Source: Methanobacteriota archaeon
Lineage (GTDB): Archaea; Thermoplasmatota; Poseidoniia; Poseidoniales; Poseidoniaceae
DNA: 64,000 bases
NCBI GenBank assembly: GCA_002718195.1
Contig: PBDU01000011.1
Coordinates: 91,927-155,926 of the forward strand
Direction of reading: 5' to 3'
Shown here piece after piece: positions 49,130-58,838 of this stretch (positions are counted from its first letter, which is position 1; each line of letters begins with the position of its first letter). The notes beneath the pieces were generated by a model. It saw nothing but the letters and a program-made list of their open reading frames with translations. It was not told where the DNA came from and made no database searches. Made by a program: the position numbers and the translations under genes.

Positions 49130-50163
49130 TCTTCTTCCTCCTGGAATATCTTTGATAAATCATCAGAACCTTCTCTTACTAACTGCAACCCAATTTCTTC
49201 AGGATCTAATCCTGTAGCAGCAACTAATAATTGAGTTAAAGTTGGTTTTTCCATAGCCCAATGATATATTCTATAGAATTCTGCAAATTTCTTTATATCT
49301 AACTTACTAGTATTTGTTGTTTCCAATTTCCAGCCAGTTTTTCCGATAGTTGGCTCTTCATCAATTCCGTTCTTCGAGAGGAACTTTTTGTTTGGCGCTT
49401 CTCCTTCTCCTCTGATCACTAATTTTCTTTTGACGCCGAGCAATTTAGCTAACTGTGCGTGCTCTGATATTGCTAAAATTTTGCCTTTGTGCATCAAGGC
49501 TAACTTGTCTACAACCCCTTCTAATGTCTCTAATTGATGACTGGATATGATTACAGATACTCCTTTTTTGCTTAATTTCGATAAAAGAGATTTGAATGCG
49601 GCACTAGCAACTGGGTCCAAGCCATTGAATGGCTCATCCAGAACCAATATTTTGGGGCTCGATAATAGTGCACACGCCAGGGAAAGCCGTTGGCGCATTC
49701 CTTGGCTCAAAGAATCAAGAGATTCACTTTCTCTTGTTCCGAGTCCAACCAGATCAAGTACACCTTTGAGTTTTTTATCTGCAACTCCAATCATCATGCC
49801 TATCTCGTTGATTGCCGCATGGATGGATTTGCTACCTTGCCATCTAACTTGTTCTGGCATATGTCCGGTTATTTCCCGTAATTTCTGCGCTAATTTATCT
49901 GGATTGGATTCATCCAATCCTTCGATTGTGGCAGTAACTGAATCAAATTTGTTTATTCCAACTAGTGATTTAAGTAAGGTACTTTTTCCAGCCCCATTCG
50001 GTCCGACTAGACCTATTATTTCACCCGAGAAAATTGGGATCTCTATTTCACGAATTCCTGCCGCAGGTAATTTTCTAAATGGATTTTTGAGGGTTGGTTT
50101 AGCCAGTTTATAGCTAAAGTTAGCATCAGAAATGCGCAGGATGCATTCAGATGCCTTCGCCAT
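49126..50163 (-). CDS. ABC exporter ATP-binding protein
   Basis: GPNGAGKS, LSQGMRQR, LDEPFNGLDP, SSH. Confidence 0.92.
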   Translation of the reverse strand: MAKASECILRISDANFSYKLAKPTLKNPFRKLPAAGIREIEIPIFSGEIIGLVGPNGAGKSTLLKSLVGINKFDSVTATIEGLDESNPDKLAQKLREITGHMPEQVRWQGSKSIHAAINEIGMMIGVADKKLKGVLDLVGLGTRESESLDSLSQGMRQRLSLACALLSSPKILVLDEPFNGLDPVASAAFKSLLSKLSKKGVSVIISSHQLETLEGVVDKLALMHKGKILAISEHAQLAKLLGVKRKLVIRGEGEAPNKKFLSKNGIDEEPTIGKTGWKLETTNTSKLDIKKFAEFYRIYHWAMEKPTLTQLLVAATGLDPEEIGLQLVREGSDDLSKIFQEEEE

Positions 50164-50241
50164 TGTGATAAGACAAGCAGAATCTATCTTTGAAGATATT
50201 TACTAGCGCTAACACTAAATCATCCGCAATCAAAGCACGGC

Positions 50242-51153
50242 TTGATTGTGATGTATCCAAACATAATCGCAACTATTTTGTTGTTGATTCTTCCATTTGC
50301 CCATCACAAAATTATTTCGCGTATTAACAACCAAGAGGAAACGAATGAATTTTTCGATTATCTTGGGAAATCTGGGGTTTTAATTTATTTTGTGAGTATT
50401 GGATTACTTTGGATAATACCACTTGGGTCAATTTTAGTCCCGGTCTTTTTTGTTGCCATTAGTTTCATCAGTCCATATGGGAGAATGGAATGGGAAAAGC
50501 ATACAAAGCTTAGGCTTCAAGTTCTATCAACTGGACTTGTAATCATCCTGTTATGTGGTTTACTACCGGCGCCATCTCCAGTTGAACCAGAGGGCTGGGG
50601 TTCGCCCTTGCAAGTGGAATCTTCATCCTCATCACTTTACCCAGCGGGTACCGAATCTGCCTGGTTTTTAGATAGCGGGGGCAATGACTGGTCATTTGTT
50701 GTATCTTACAAAATGAATACCCCGTATCAATTTGGTTCCATAGGGCAAGCATATTCAACATTGAAAATAGCAGATATTTTTTCACTACAAGATGAAAAAA
50801 TGTCATCATCTTTGGAACTATTAGATAGTCAATTTTCATTCCCTTTTGTTGATTCAGAATATGTTGACTTGGTAAAGCAAACTACTCAAGAAACGCATAC
50901 TTACTCTTACCAATCGCCGGAAGGAGAACAAACTATTGACTTGAATTTTAGAATATGGTCTGTAAATTCACTCGTAATTGGGACCTCAGCGGAAGGGGTA
51001 AAGGTAGCAGAAGTTCTCTTTGTTACAGTTGGTTCTTGGGATGGTTCAACTAATATGCTTGCAGTAATTAGACCAGTATCTGACTCTTTAGATTCTGATA
51101 GATATGCTCAAACCTATGTTTCAGAGTGGTATTCTGAGTTACTTAAAGATTGA
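50242..51153 (+). CDS. hypothetical membrane protein
   Basis: Four N-terminal hydrophobic segments followed by soluble domain; start may be ATG 50251. Confidence 0.65.
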   Translation: MIVMYPNIIATILLLILPFAHHKIISRINNQEETNEFFDYLGKSGVLIYFVSIGLLWIIPLGSILVPVFFVAISFISPYGRMEWEKHTKLRLQVLSTGLVIILLCGLLPAPSPVEPEGWGSPLQVESSSSSLYPAGTESAWFLDSGGNDWSFVVSYKMNTPYQFGSIGQAYSTLKIADIFSLQDEKMSSSLELLDSQFSFPFVDSEYVDLVKQTTQETHTYSYQSPEGEQTIDLNFRIWSVNSLVIGTSAEGVKVAEVLFVTVGSWDGSTNMLAVIRPVSDSLDSDRYAQTYVSEWYSELLKD

Positions 51154-51155
51154 AT

Positions 51156-52097
51156 TTACTTTTCCTCGGGGTGATTAACCATCGCAGCAGGGAGAAATAT
51201 GCTCCACCACGAATGTCTTTTGTTATATTTTTCATCATTGAAAAGTGATCTAGTTAACTTAGATATCGTGTCTAGAATGAGAACTACTACGAAAATAACG
51301 ATTACATACGCAAAAACCTTGTCATACTGAAGGAATTCTAAGTACAAATTGATGTAATAACCAATTCCACCAGCCCCAACAATTCCGATAACTGTACCGT
51401 GCCTGAAGTTGTACTCGAACATGAATATTGCCTGCGAGATCAAACCATTCGCAGCTTCTGGAAGAACAACTCCAAAAGATCTCTCTAGCCAACCATGTCC
51501 CATTGCTTTTGATGCATCCAGTTGAGGTTTAGCAACCCCCTCGATAGTTTCATACTGTAGTTTTCCTAAGTAGCCAACAGTGTATATTGTCATAGCCATT
51601 ATACCAGCCATTGGACCTAAACCAACCATGATAACAAAGAGTACAGCCCAGAGAATACTAGGAAGACTTCTACAAGCTGCTAAAAAAAACCTTGCGGGGT
51701 ACGATATCCAGTTTGAGTTCAAATTGTCTGCTGCTAAAAGTGCTATTGGGTAGGAAATTAGCATACCGAAAACTGTTGCGCTAAAAGCAATTTTGATTGT
51801 TTCCATCACTCCAATCCATGCTGTTGAACAAGTGAAATCGAGCCATCCTGTTCTTTCACAAACAGGATATGCTCTCGGTTCTAAAACACTCCAATCTGGG
51901 GGCCATAGGGATTCCATGAAAAAAGTTCTAACATTCCTTGGGCTCTCAAACAATTTATCCCATTGACCTTCAATTGCTGAGTTCATGACCCATATTGCTA
52001 ATGATACTAACAAAAATAGAACGAATAGCCATCTAAACTTAAACCAAAGGGAAGAAAAGGCATCGCCTTCTTTTTCCAACTCTGAATTTTTGTCCAT
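51156..52097 (-). CDS. ABC importer permease, PhnE family (partner of transferrin-like binding protein)
   Basis: PPDW, RSLP, GLGP.AG, GKL..E.IE, FEYNFR..VIGIVGAGGIG. Confidence 0.88.
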   Translation of the reverse strand: MDKNSELEKEGDAFSSLWFKFRWLFVLFLLVSLAIWVMNSAIEGQWDKLFESPRNVRTFFMESLWPPDWSVLEPRAYPVCERTGWLDFTCSTAWIGVMETIKIAFSATVFGMLISYPIALLAADNLNSNWISYPARFFLAACRSLPSILWAVLFVIMVGLGPMAGIMAMTIYTVGYLGKLQYETIEGVAKPQLDASKAMGHGWLERSFGVVLPEAANGLISQAIFMFEYNFRHGTVIGIVGAGGIGYYINLYLEFLQYDKVFAYVIVIFVVVLILDTISKLTRSLFNDEKYNKRHSWWSIFLPAAMVNHPEEK

Positions 52098-52109
52098 CTA
52101 GTTGCCTCC

Positions 52110-52772
52110 CTAATTTTCTACCAACTTACCATTTTCTGCAGTGAGTATTCTTGTGGCCATTTTCTCGGCTCTTGAGAGGTCATGTTCAACCAATATCATA
52201 ATCGCATTTTTCTTTTTTACATAATCTAGAACAACATCCATGACTTTAGTAAGCGTTTCTTCATCTAATTCCGCCAGAAATTCATCCGCTAGTATTAACT
52301 TAGGCTCTTGGGCTAAAGTTCTAGCAATAGCAACCCTTCTTTGCTGGCCACCTGATAGTTTGCCCACCTGTACTCTAGTTTTAGATTCAATTCCCATTGC
52401 TTCAATTGCCTTTTTTGTGTGGATTTTAGTATCCCTTGAGAAAGGGAACCAAGGTTTTGTATGACCTGCCATAGCGCCTAAAATTACGTTATGATGTACG
52501 GTAGAATTTCGAATTAAGCCAAGTCTTTGAGGTATGTAACCTACCTCTCCGCGCTTCGCTTTTTTGTTACCAAAAATCGTGACATCACCATTAATTGGAC
52601 GGACAAGTCCAGCTAATGTTTTGAGCAATGTTGTCTTTCCTATCCCAGAGACACCATTTATGGCTACAATGTCTCCTGGTTTCAAGGTCAAAGAGATTCC
52701 TTGAATTAATGGCTCGTCTTTGCTGTATCCAACTGACGCGTTGGTTATTGTGATTGAATCATAATCACCCAT
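52110..52772 (-). CDS. ABC importer ATP-binding protein, PhnC-like
   Basis: GVSGIGKT, LSGGQQRRVAIAR, ILADE, H-loop; GAGG SD upstream. Confidence 0.9.
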   Translation of the reverse strand: MGDYDSITITNASVGYSKDEPLIQGISLTLKPGDIVAINGVSGIGKTTLLKTLAGLVRPINGDVTIFGNKKAKRGEVGYIPQRLGLIRNSTVHHNVILGAMAGHTKPWFPFSRDTKIHTKKAIEAMGIESKTRVQVGKLSGGQQRRVAIARTLAQEPKLILADEFLAELDEETLTKVMDVVLDYVKKKNAIMILVEHDLSRAEKMATRILTAENGKLVEN

Positions 52773-52846
52773 TATGATTCCTCAATCCAATCCGACGCGA
52801 CTTGTTATTTTAACCATGAGGTATGAACCAAGAATCAAATTATTGA

Positions 52847-54970
52847 TTATAAATCGTACTTGTCCTCAAAGTATGCAGAAATTCCAGGAACATTTGATAT
52901 TGAATCAGAATAAGTTCCCATGTGTTCTTGAGTGTTCACAGCAACAAAGCCACCGGTATTGAAAACTTCATCCAATAAAGAGTCGCCACACATATTCCTA
53001 TCCATGTCTCTATCGACTTCTCTTGTGATCTCGTTGTAACAATAGCCACTACCTTCTTCTATCCATGTTTCTCCATTCATTTCCATCAATGCGTTTAGGA
53101 TTGCAGTTCTGGTGTACATGTCTAAACTATCCGGGTTATACATGACTGGGTGGCTTGGAGCCTTACCGAATAGCGGAAGAGCAACGTATCCAGAATTGCC
53201 ATCTTCATCGGTCAGGCACCAATTCCTTTGTTTGTTTACACAATGATAATCATGGGTAGTATCTGCTATGAAAGCAATGTCTCCTCTCTCTTCAGATAGG
53301 CATCTCAATGCTCCTTCATAGCTGTAGTATAAATCTCCAGATTCAGGTATTGATGCATCTTCGTTGAAGAACTCGTAGATAGTATCCCTCAGAGAAGCAA
53401 CGTCATCAGGGTCACCAACAACATCAGCGTAACCATTTCCAATTAGATATCCCATAGGAAGAAGCATACCTGCTGATTTCAACCATCCGGTGTGGCATGA
53501 AGTTTTACCTCTGAACAATTCGAAAGGATCAGTTGAATCATCATCGTCAAGGTAAGCTTGGGCAATATCGCTATCTGCCCTGACATATGCTTGTGCGCCA
53601 TACCATGATCTTCCATCTGGTTTTAGGTCAGCAGCCAATGCAGATAGTCCGTATTCTTTCCAACCTACCCAAGCAGCTCCACCGTCCATGAATCCAATAT
53701 CCGCATGACCAAACCTCAAGGCTTCTAGAATCGCTCCTTCTGACGAAACATCATACAATTCAACGCTTACATTGAGCTTCATTGCTAGCCTATCTGCAAA
53801 AATTTGAGGATTTGAGTCTATGTTAGTGTAAGTATCTCTGACTTCGTAAGCGATTACAATAGGATCTTTTGTAGGACTAACAGTTGTGTCCAGATCATAA
53901 ATTCCTCCATAGTAAGCCTGAATTCCTGGAACGTTTCTAATAGCAGCCGAGTAAGTTCCTAGGTGGTCTTCTGTTGTTCCAACATCCACAATTCCACGTG
54001 GAGAATTTAGAATCTCATCAAGGATTTCCTGCCCCTCGTCATTATCTTCCATTGCAACCAATACTTTCCTTACAATTTCTGCCTTTTCTTCACTCATTTC
54101 AGCAGGGTTGTACATTACTGGGTGCCCAGGTGCTCTTCCAAATAGAGGCAATTCGACATACTCAGTTTCATCTAAGCACCATGTATTGCTTTCTGCTCTG
54201 TCTACACAATAATAGTCAAGAGTAGTATCTGCAACAAAAGCGATGTCTCCTCTATCTTCTGATAAGCATCTCAATGCTCCCTTGTAACTGTAATATGTTT
54301 CTCCTGTATCAGGAATAGATGCATTTTCGTTAAAGAAATCATAAATTGTATCTCTCATTGATTCAACCGTGTTTGGGTCACCTATGACATTCGCATATCC
54401 ATTTCCAATTAAGTAGCCCATTGGTAGAAGCATACCTGCAGATTTCAACCATCCGGTGTGACAGGATGTTTTTCCTTGGAACAGCGCAAATGGGTCTGTA
54501 TAAAGGTCATCATCTTGGTGGGCTAGAGCCATGTCACTGTCTGCTTTTACAACCGCTCTTGCTCCATACCATGTCCTTCCATCTGGTTTTGTTTCACTCG
54601 CTAGAACTCCAAGGTCATATTGTTGCCATCCGATCCAAGCAGAACCACCGTCCATGAATGCTATGTCCGCATGACCAAATCTTAGAGCCTCGATTGCAGC
54701 ACCAGTGGAATCAATGGGATAAAGGTCCACAGGGGCATCAAATTCCTCAGAGAGGTAGTCTGCCATCTTTTGAGGATTTTCATCAATGTTAGTGTAGGTG
54801 TCCCTAACTTGATATGCTATCACTAGGGAATCAATGTTACCTAATTCATCTAGATCGTTTGTTTCTTCTGTTTCTCCAACACAACCCACAAGTATTGACA
54901 TCAACATAACGGATGCAACAAAGACGGATTTGGTCACTTTTTGTCTACTCACAGTAATCACTTGATGCAT
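52847..54970 (-). CDS. two-lobed transferrin-like (PhnD/PBP2 fold) substrate-binding lipoprotein
   Basis: Lipobox LVGC30; 322-aa internal duplication; each lobe has MDGG, WYGA.A.V, KTSCHTGWLKSAG, YYSY.GALRCL..GDIAF, AP.HPV matching transferrin signatures. Confidence 0.85.
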   Translation of the reverse strand: MHQVITVSRQKVTKSVFVASVMLMSILVGCVGETEETNDLDELGNIDSLVIAYQVRDTYTNIDENPQKMADYLSEEFDAPVDLYPIDSTGAAIEALRFGHADIAFMDGGSAWIGWQQYDLGVLASETKPDGRTWYGARAVVKADSDMALAHQDDDLYTDPFALFQGKTSCHTGWLKSAGMLLPMGYLIGNGYANVIGDPNTVESMRDTIYDFFNENASIPDTGETYYSYKGALRCLSEDRGDIAFVADTTLDYYCVDRAESNTWCLDETEYVELPLFGRAPGHPVMYNPAEMSEEKAEIVRKVLVAMEDNDEGQEILDEILNSPRGIVDVGTTEDHLGTYSAAIRNVPGIQAYYGGIYDLDTTVSPTKDPIVIAYEVRDTYTNIDSNPQIFADRLAMKLNVSVELYDVSSEGAILEALRFGHADIGFMDGGAAWVGWKEYGLSALAADLKPDGRSWYGAQAYVRADSDIAQAYLDDDDSTDPFELFRGKTSCHTGWLKSAGMLLPMGYLIGNGYADVVGDPDDVASLRDTIYEFFNEDASIPESGDLYYSYEGALRCLSEERGDIAFIADTTHDYHCVNKQRNWCLTDEDGNSGYVALPLFGKAPSHPVMYNPDSLDMYTRTAILNALMEMNGETWIEEGSGYCYNEITREVDRDMDRNMCGDSLLDEVFNTGGFVAVNTQEHMGTYSDSISNVPGISAYFEDKYDL

Positions 54971-54995
54971 GCGAAAAACATCCTATTAAAAAATA

Positions 54996-55009
54996 TTAGG
55001 GTGCCCTAA
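54996..55009. promoter_or_regulatory. palindromic operator TTAGG-N4-CCTAA (DtxR/SirR/MntR-like box), copy 1
   Basis: TTAGGGTGCCCTAA in divergent intergenic region, 26 nt upstream of the transferrin-like gene. Confidence 0.7.
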
Positions 55010-55043
55010 AAACACAAATAAAGGAAAGATTTCTGGACCAATC

Positions 55044-56000
55044 ATGACGCAAATGGGAAATGGTAAACATCTGAAAGCATGGGCTTTCAGATTGATTCTT
55101 CCCATCTTAAGCGCTATATTTATCATAACTATTTTTGATTTTGAGTTAATTCAACCACTTGTGAAACAACTTTCACTTGCTTCATTAATTTTAATTGTCC
55201 TTATTTCTGGCTTGAGACCTATTTTCGGGGGCTTGAGAGCATCAGTAGCATATTCCAAAATCGATTATTTATCAGTAAAATCAGCAACTAAAGGATACAT
55301 TCTATCGGCATATGGAGGAATATTCCTCCCCTCTTCAATTGGAGGCGATCTACTGAGGATAGAGCACATTAAAAATTGTACAAACGGGTTGCGCAGGGAT
55401 GCATTAATGGTCGTAACTGTTGAGAGAGTAATCGGATTTCTTGCATTGTTGATTACTGCTTTACTGGTATCTATTCTTGTTCCATCAGTATCAGATTTTT
55501 CTCTATTCTTCAGCATAACCTTTTTTGCCATTACATCGTCACTAATCCTCTGTTTTTTCTCTACAAAATTTCTTCCTTTGCCAGACTGGGTTTCTCGTAT
55601 ATTCCAACACGTAAATTCTTATTCAGATAAAATGCTTTTATCAAAGATTTTTTTATTGTCAGTAGTTTTTCAAATAGTATCTTTGTCGATTCCAGTACTT
55701 GTTGCATTCGTGGTCTCAGGTATCGAGAATGCCTACCAAATTGCGATAATTACACCAGCGGTTGCTATATTTACTACACTGCCTATCGCAATTGGAGGCT
55801 TAGGTATTAGAGAGGCTGGATATTTGGGTTTGGGTGCTATGGTTAATGTCCCAAATGAAGTTTCTTTGCTCGCTGGATTAAGCCTATCTATCTCTATTAT
55901 CATTTCTGGAATACCTGGTATAATAATCCAAAATGAGCTGATTACAATCAACGCAAAAGAACAAACTCAAAACTTTACAAATAATGGAGATATTTCATGA
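55044..56000 (+). CDS. UPF0104 / LPG-synthase TM domain flippase-like membrane protein
   Basis: FLPSSIGGDLLR, VER, LPIAIGGLGIREA. Confidence 0.85.
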   Translation: MTQMGNGKHLKAWAFRLILPILSAIFIITIFDFELIQPLVKQLSLASLILIVLISGLRPIFGGLRASVAYSKIDYLSVKSATKGYILSAYGGIFLPSSIGGDLLRIEHIKNCTNGLRRDALMVVTVERVIGFLALLITALLVSILVPSVSDFSLFFSITFFAITSSLILCFFSTKFLPLPDWVSRIFQHVNSYSDKMLLSKIFLLSVVFQIVSLSIPVLVAFVVSGIENAYQIAIITPAVAIFTTLPIAIGGLGIREAGYLGLGAMVNVPNEVSLLAGLSLSISIIISGIPGIIIQNELITINAKEQTQNFTNNGDIS

Positions 56001-56950
56001 ATCTAACAAAGCACAGTGTAGACATAGTAGTCCCGATATACAACGATGAACAGGTTATCGATAGATTGTGTGAAACAGTATTTTCCGTCCTTGGAGACAA
56101 ATTCAAGTCAATAAAATTGATTCTTGTAGATGATGGATCAAAAGACCAATCATTTGCAAAAGCCATTGAAAATAGGAAATTGAATCAAAATATCGAAGTG
56201 ATAAGATTAGCAGGTAACTTTGGTCAGCACAGAGCGATTTTAGCAGGTTTGCGTAGTACAAAAAGTCCGTTCGTTGCAATAATGGATTCAGACTTACAGG
56301 ACAGACCTAGAGACATACCTGTTTTACTTCAGAAAATGCTGGAGGAAGACACCCCTATGGCCATAGCAAGAAGGAGTAAAAGGAGCGATAGTTTTCTTAA
56401 AAAAATGGGAAGTAAGATGTTTGCAAAGGTCTCTAACATATTAGTTCCATTCAAAGTAGACCCGAATGTTGGGGCATTTAGAGTGATAAGACAAACAGTC
56501 GTTTCCGAGGTATGTAATGTAGATGAGCACACAGGAACTCCTTTCTCGATGCTATATTCATTGCAAATTCCTTACAGTATTGTGGATTTGGAAAGGGATG
56601 CTAGAACGGATGGGGTTTCAGGTTACACGTTAAGAAAATCACTAAAATTAGCAGGAGATAGGATAATGACTTATTCAATCAAACCAATAAGATTAGCAAT
56701 TCTACTGGGCGTGTTTTTTGGTATGACTTCAATAGGAATTGCAGTCTATTCAATTGTAAATTATGGTCTCCAAGATAAGGTGTACCCTGGTTGGACATCA
56801 ACTGTCTTTGTAACCTCATTTTTTGGAGGATTAAATCTACTATTTCTTGGTATCATAGGAGAATATATTGGTAGGATATACATTGAAGCAAGAGGTATCC
56901 CAAATTACATGATAAGGTATTCTACAATTGACGAGTTAGAAGAGGATTAA
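55997..56950 (+). CDS. GT2 polyprenol-phosphate glycosyltransferase (GtrB/ArnC-like)
   Basis: VVPIYND, VDDGSKD, NFGQHRA, MDSDLQD, two C-terminal TM, LGIIGEYIGRIY. Confidence 0.9.
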   Translation: MNLTKHSVDIVVPIYNDEQVIDRLCETVFSVLGDKFKSIKLILVDDGSKDQSFAKAIENRKLNQNIEVIRLAGNFGQHRAILAGLRSTKSPFVAIMDSDLQDRPRDIPVLLQKMLEEDTPMAIARRSKRSDSFLKKMGSKMFAKVSNILVPFKVDPNVGAFRVIRQTVVSEVCNVDEHTGTPFSMLYSLQIPYSIVDLERDARTDGVSGYTLRKSLKLAGDRIMTYSIKPIRLAILLGVFFGMTSIGIAVYSIVNYGLQDKVYPGWTSTVFVTSFFGGLNLLFLGIIGEYIGRIYIEARGIPNYMIRYSTIDELEED

Positions 56951-57636
56951 CTAATACATATGTGTTCAATTGAATCTTTACCAAGCCTAGCTATGGTATC
57001 GATAATTGAAACATAATGCGAAAATTCAGAACCATTTTGCTCATATTCTTCGAAAGGTCCATATTCCATCCATTGAAGAGTAATTCCAGAATCATCAAAT
57101 TCATTCTTGATATAATTTTTTGCGGCAGGTCCGCTGATGTAGGTGTCTGCTCCTAATTTCTCGCAAATCTTGATCAATTTTTCAACTCTATTTCCGTCTA
57201 TCCCCAAATCTGCGGCATTGTAGAATTTTGTATCGATTTCAAGATATTTGCAAAATGATTTGATTAATTTTTGATTGAATAAGGATAAATTATCCAAACC
57301 TCTTTCAAAAAATATTGGCTCTAATATTTCCTTTACGTCTTCGTAATAAGGAAATTTTGAATAAGCTCGCTTAATCGATTCTAAATGTTTAGTTTTCCAT
57401 TTTCCGTTTGGTAAATCTACTTCATCAATATTTTTCCCACGGTTTGAACCTACTGGGATAGTTAGCCAAAGTTCTCCAGATTTTGTGAGTATTTTATTTC
57501 TTGATCTCCAATCTCTGCTGGTAAATGAAACGTTATCGTAAAAAACAAAAATATCCGATTTGGCAATCATTTGAAAATATCCTTTCCAAGGTATGTAGTT
57601 AGATTGTGAAATAACACAAGTTGTCAAACTATTCAT
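56947..57636 (-). CDS. WbqC family protein
   Basis: QSNYIPWKGYF, WRSRNKI, WLTIPV, YISGP, SIID. Confidence 0.9.
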   Translation of the reverse strand: MNSLTTCVISQSNYIPWKGYFQMIAKSDIFVFYDNVSFTSRDWRSRNKILTKSGELWLTIPVGSNRGKNIDEVDLPNGKWKTKHLESIKRAYSKFPYYEDVKEILEPIFFERGLDNLSLFNQKLIKSFCKYLEIDTKFYNAADLGIDGNRVEKLIKICEKLGADTYISGPAAKNYIKNEFDDSGITLQWMEYGPFEEYEQNGSEFSHYVSIIDTIARLGKDSIEHICIS

Positions 57637-58822
57637 CTCCCGATATTACGTAACACTGTTCTATATTTGCAGCCAAATTCTTTGCTATTGACAACAATTC
57701 TGGATTTTCATTTTCCTTTACGTGCACGTATCCAAGTTCGCAATAACCATTCGAATTAACCTTAACATTCTCATCAATTACTGCTTCTTGAACGAAGAAA
57801 TTTGAATCTCCTGTTTTGGTAAATGAACTAATTTGCCCAGATTTCCATGATAAAACATTGCAAGCGGCGTTAGGAGTACCTGTTCCGTTAGCAGTTGTTA
57901 CAATCTCCATACCTAGCGCAATTTTGACAGCCATTTCGTACATATTTACGCCGATATATTCTCCGCAGACCTCTGGCAACCGAGTACCACCCATGCGAGG
58001 CGTGATCTCAACAATATACGGTCCTTCAGGCGTATCAATGAAGTCAATATTGCATATTGAATCCTTTAGGTCCAAACAATCTATACACATTCTAACCATT
58101 TTCTCACACTCTTTTTGTAGATCACGCTCTTTTGGATGTGGACAACCATGCCCAATTGGAATTCTGATTGGTGGTTCAGTCGTAATATCACTGTGGAGAA
58201 TAAGTCGCTCAAGCTTCCTTCCAACAATTATTGCTTGTGCTCCAAATTCACTCCCTTCTATCCATTCCTCTACTATCACTTTACCAATTTTTGAGTTATT
58301 TTTTGCTATTTCAAAATCTTTATACAAATTTGAATCCTTTGTTATCTGAATGACTCCTCTAGAGCCCGAGGAATCAACTGGCTTAATAACACAGTTTGAA
58401 TCAGTTTTTTCAAAAAACTTTGAAACTTCCAAAGCTGATGATACTAACTTAAATTTCGCAGTCCTGAGGTTGTATTCACTTAGTTTTCTTTTCATCAACA
58501 GTTTATTCTGACATATTGTTCCAGTTTTAGCACTAAATCCTCTTAAATTCATTGAATCAACAACTAAACCAATAGAGGATAGCGATATATCGTTTGCAGT
58601 TGATAGAATTCCATCAATCTCCAATTTCTTTGAGAGATTCAAAACTTTTTCAGGCGAAGTAATGTCAATTTCATGGAAATTTTTGGCTATATCGATTCCT
58701 GGATATTTACCAGAAATAGAGGCTACATGGACTTCCAAATCCATATCTTGAGCTTTAACGATAAGAGGTAATTGGTGTCTCCCCGCACCCAATATCAGTA
58801 ATTTACGGATATCATCACCAAT
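57629..58822 (-). CDS. ATP-grasp domain ligase (start codon unclear)
   Basis: RKLLILGAG N-terminus in frame upstream of TTG 58792; IKPVDSSGSRG, VEEWIEG, EITPRMGG. Confidence 0.8.
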   Translation of the reverse strand: MGDDIRKLLILGAGRHQLPLIVKAQDMDLEVHVASISGKYPGIDIAKNFHEIDITSPEKVLNLSKKLEIDGILSTANDISLSSIGLVVDSMNLRGFSAKTGTICQNKLLMKRKLSEYNLRTAKFKLVSSALEVSKFFEKTDSNCVIKPVDSSGSRGVIQITKDSNLYKDFEIAKNNSKIGKVIVEEWIEGSEFGAQAIIVGRKLERLILHSDITTEPPIRIPIGHGCPHPKERDLQKECEKMVRMCIDCLDLKDSICNIDFIDTPEGPYIVEITPRMGGTRLPEVCGEYIGVNMYEMAVKIALGMEIVTTANGTGTPNAACNVLSWKSGQISSFTKTGDSNFFVQEAVIDENVKVNSNGYCELGYVHVKENENPELLSIAKNLAANIEQCYVISGDE

Positions 58823-58824
58823 AA

Positions 58825-58838
58825 TTAGGACCCCCTAA
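58825..58838. promoter_or_regulatory. palindromic operator TTAGG-N4-CCTAA, copy 2
   Basis: TTAGGACCCCCTAA between divergent ATP-grasp and rffA genes. Confidence 0.65.

Noticed and set aside
51156..54970. Plain phosphonate/phosphite transporter phnDCE annotation
   Set aside because: The binding protein carries transferrin Fe-ligand motifs and Cys pairs, there are no phosphonate catabolic genes nearby, and the promoter has a DtxR-like box; gene symbols withheld
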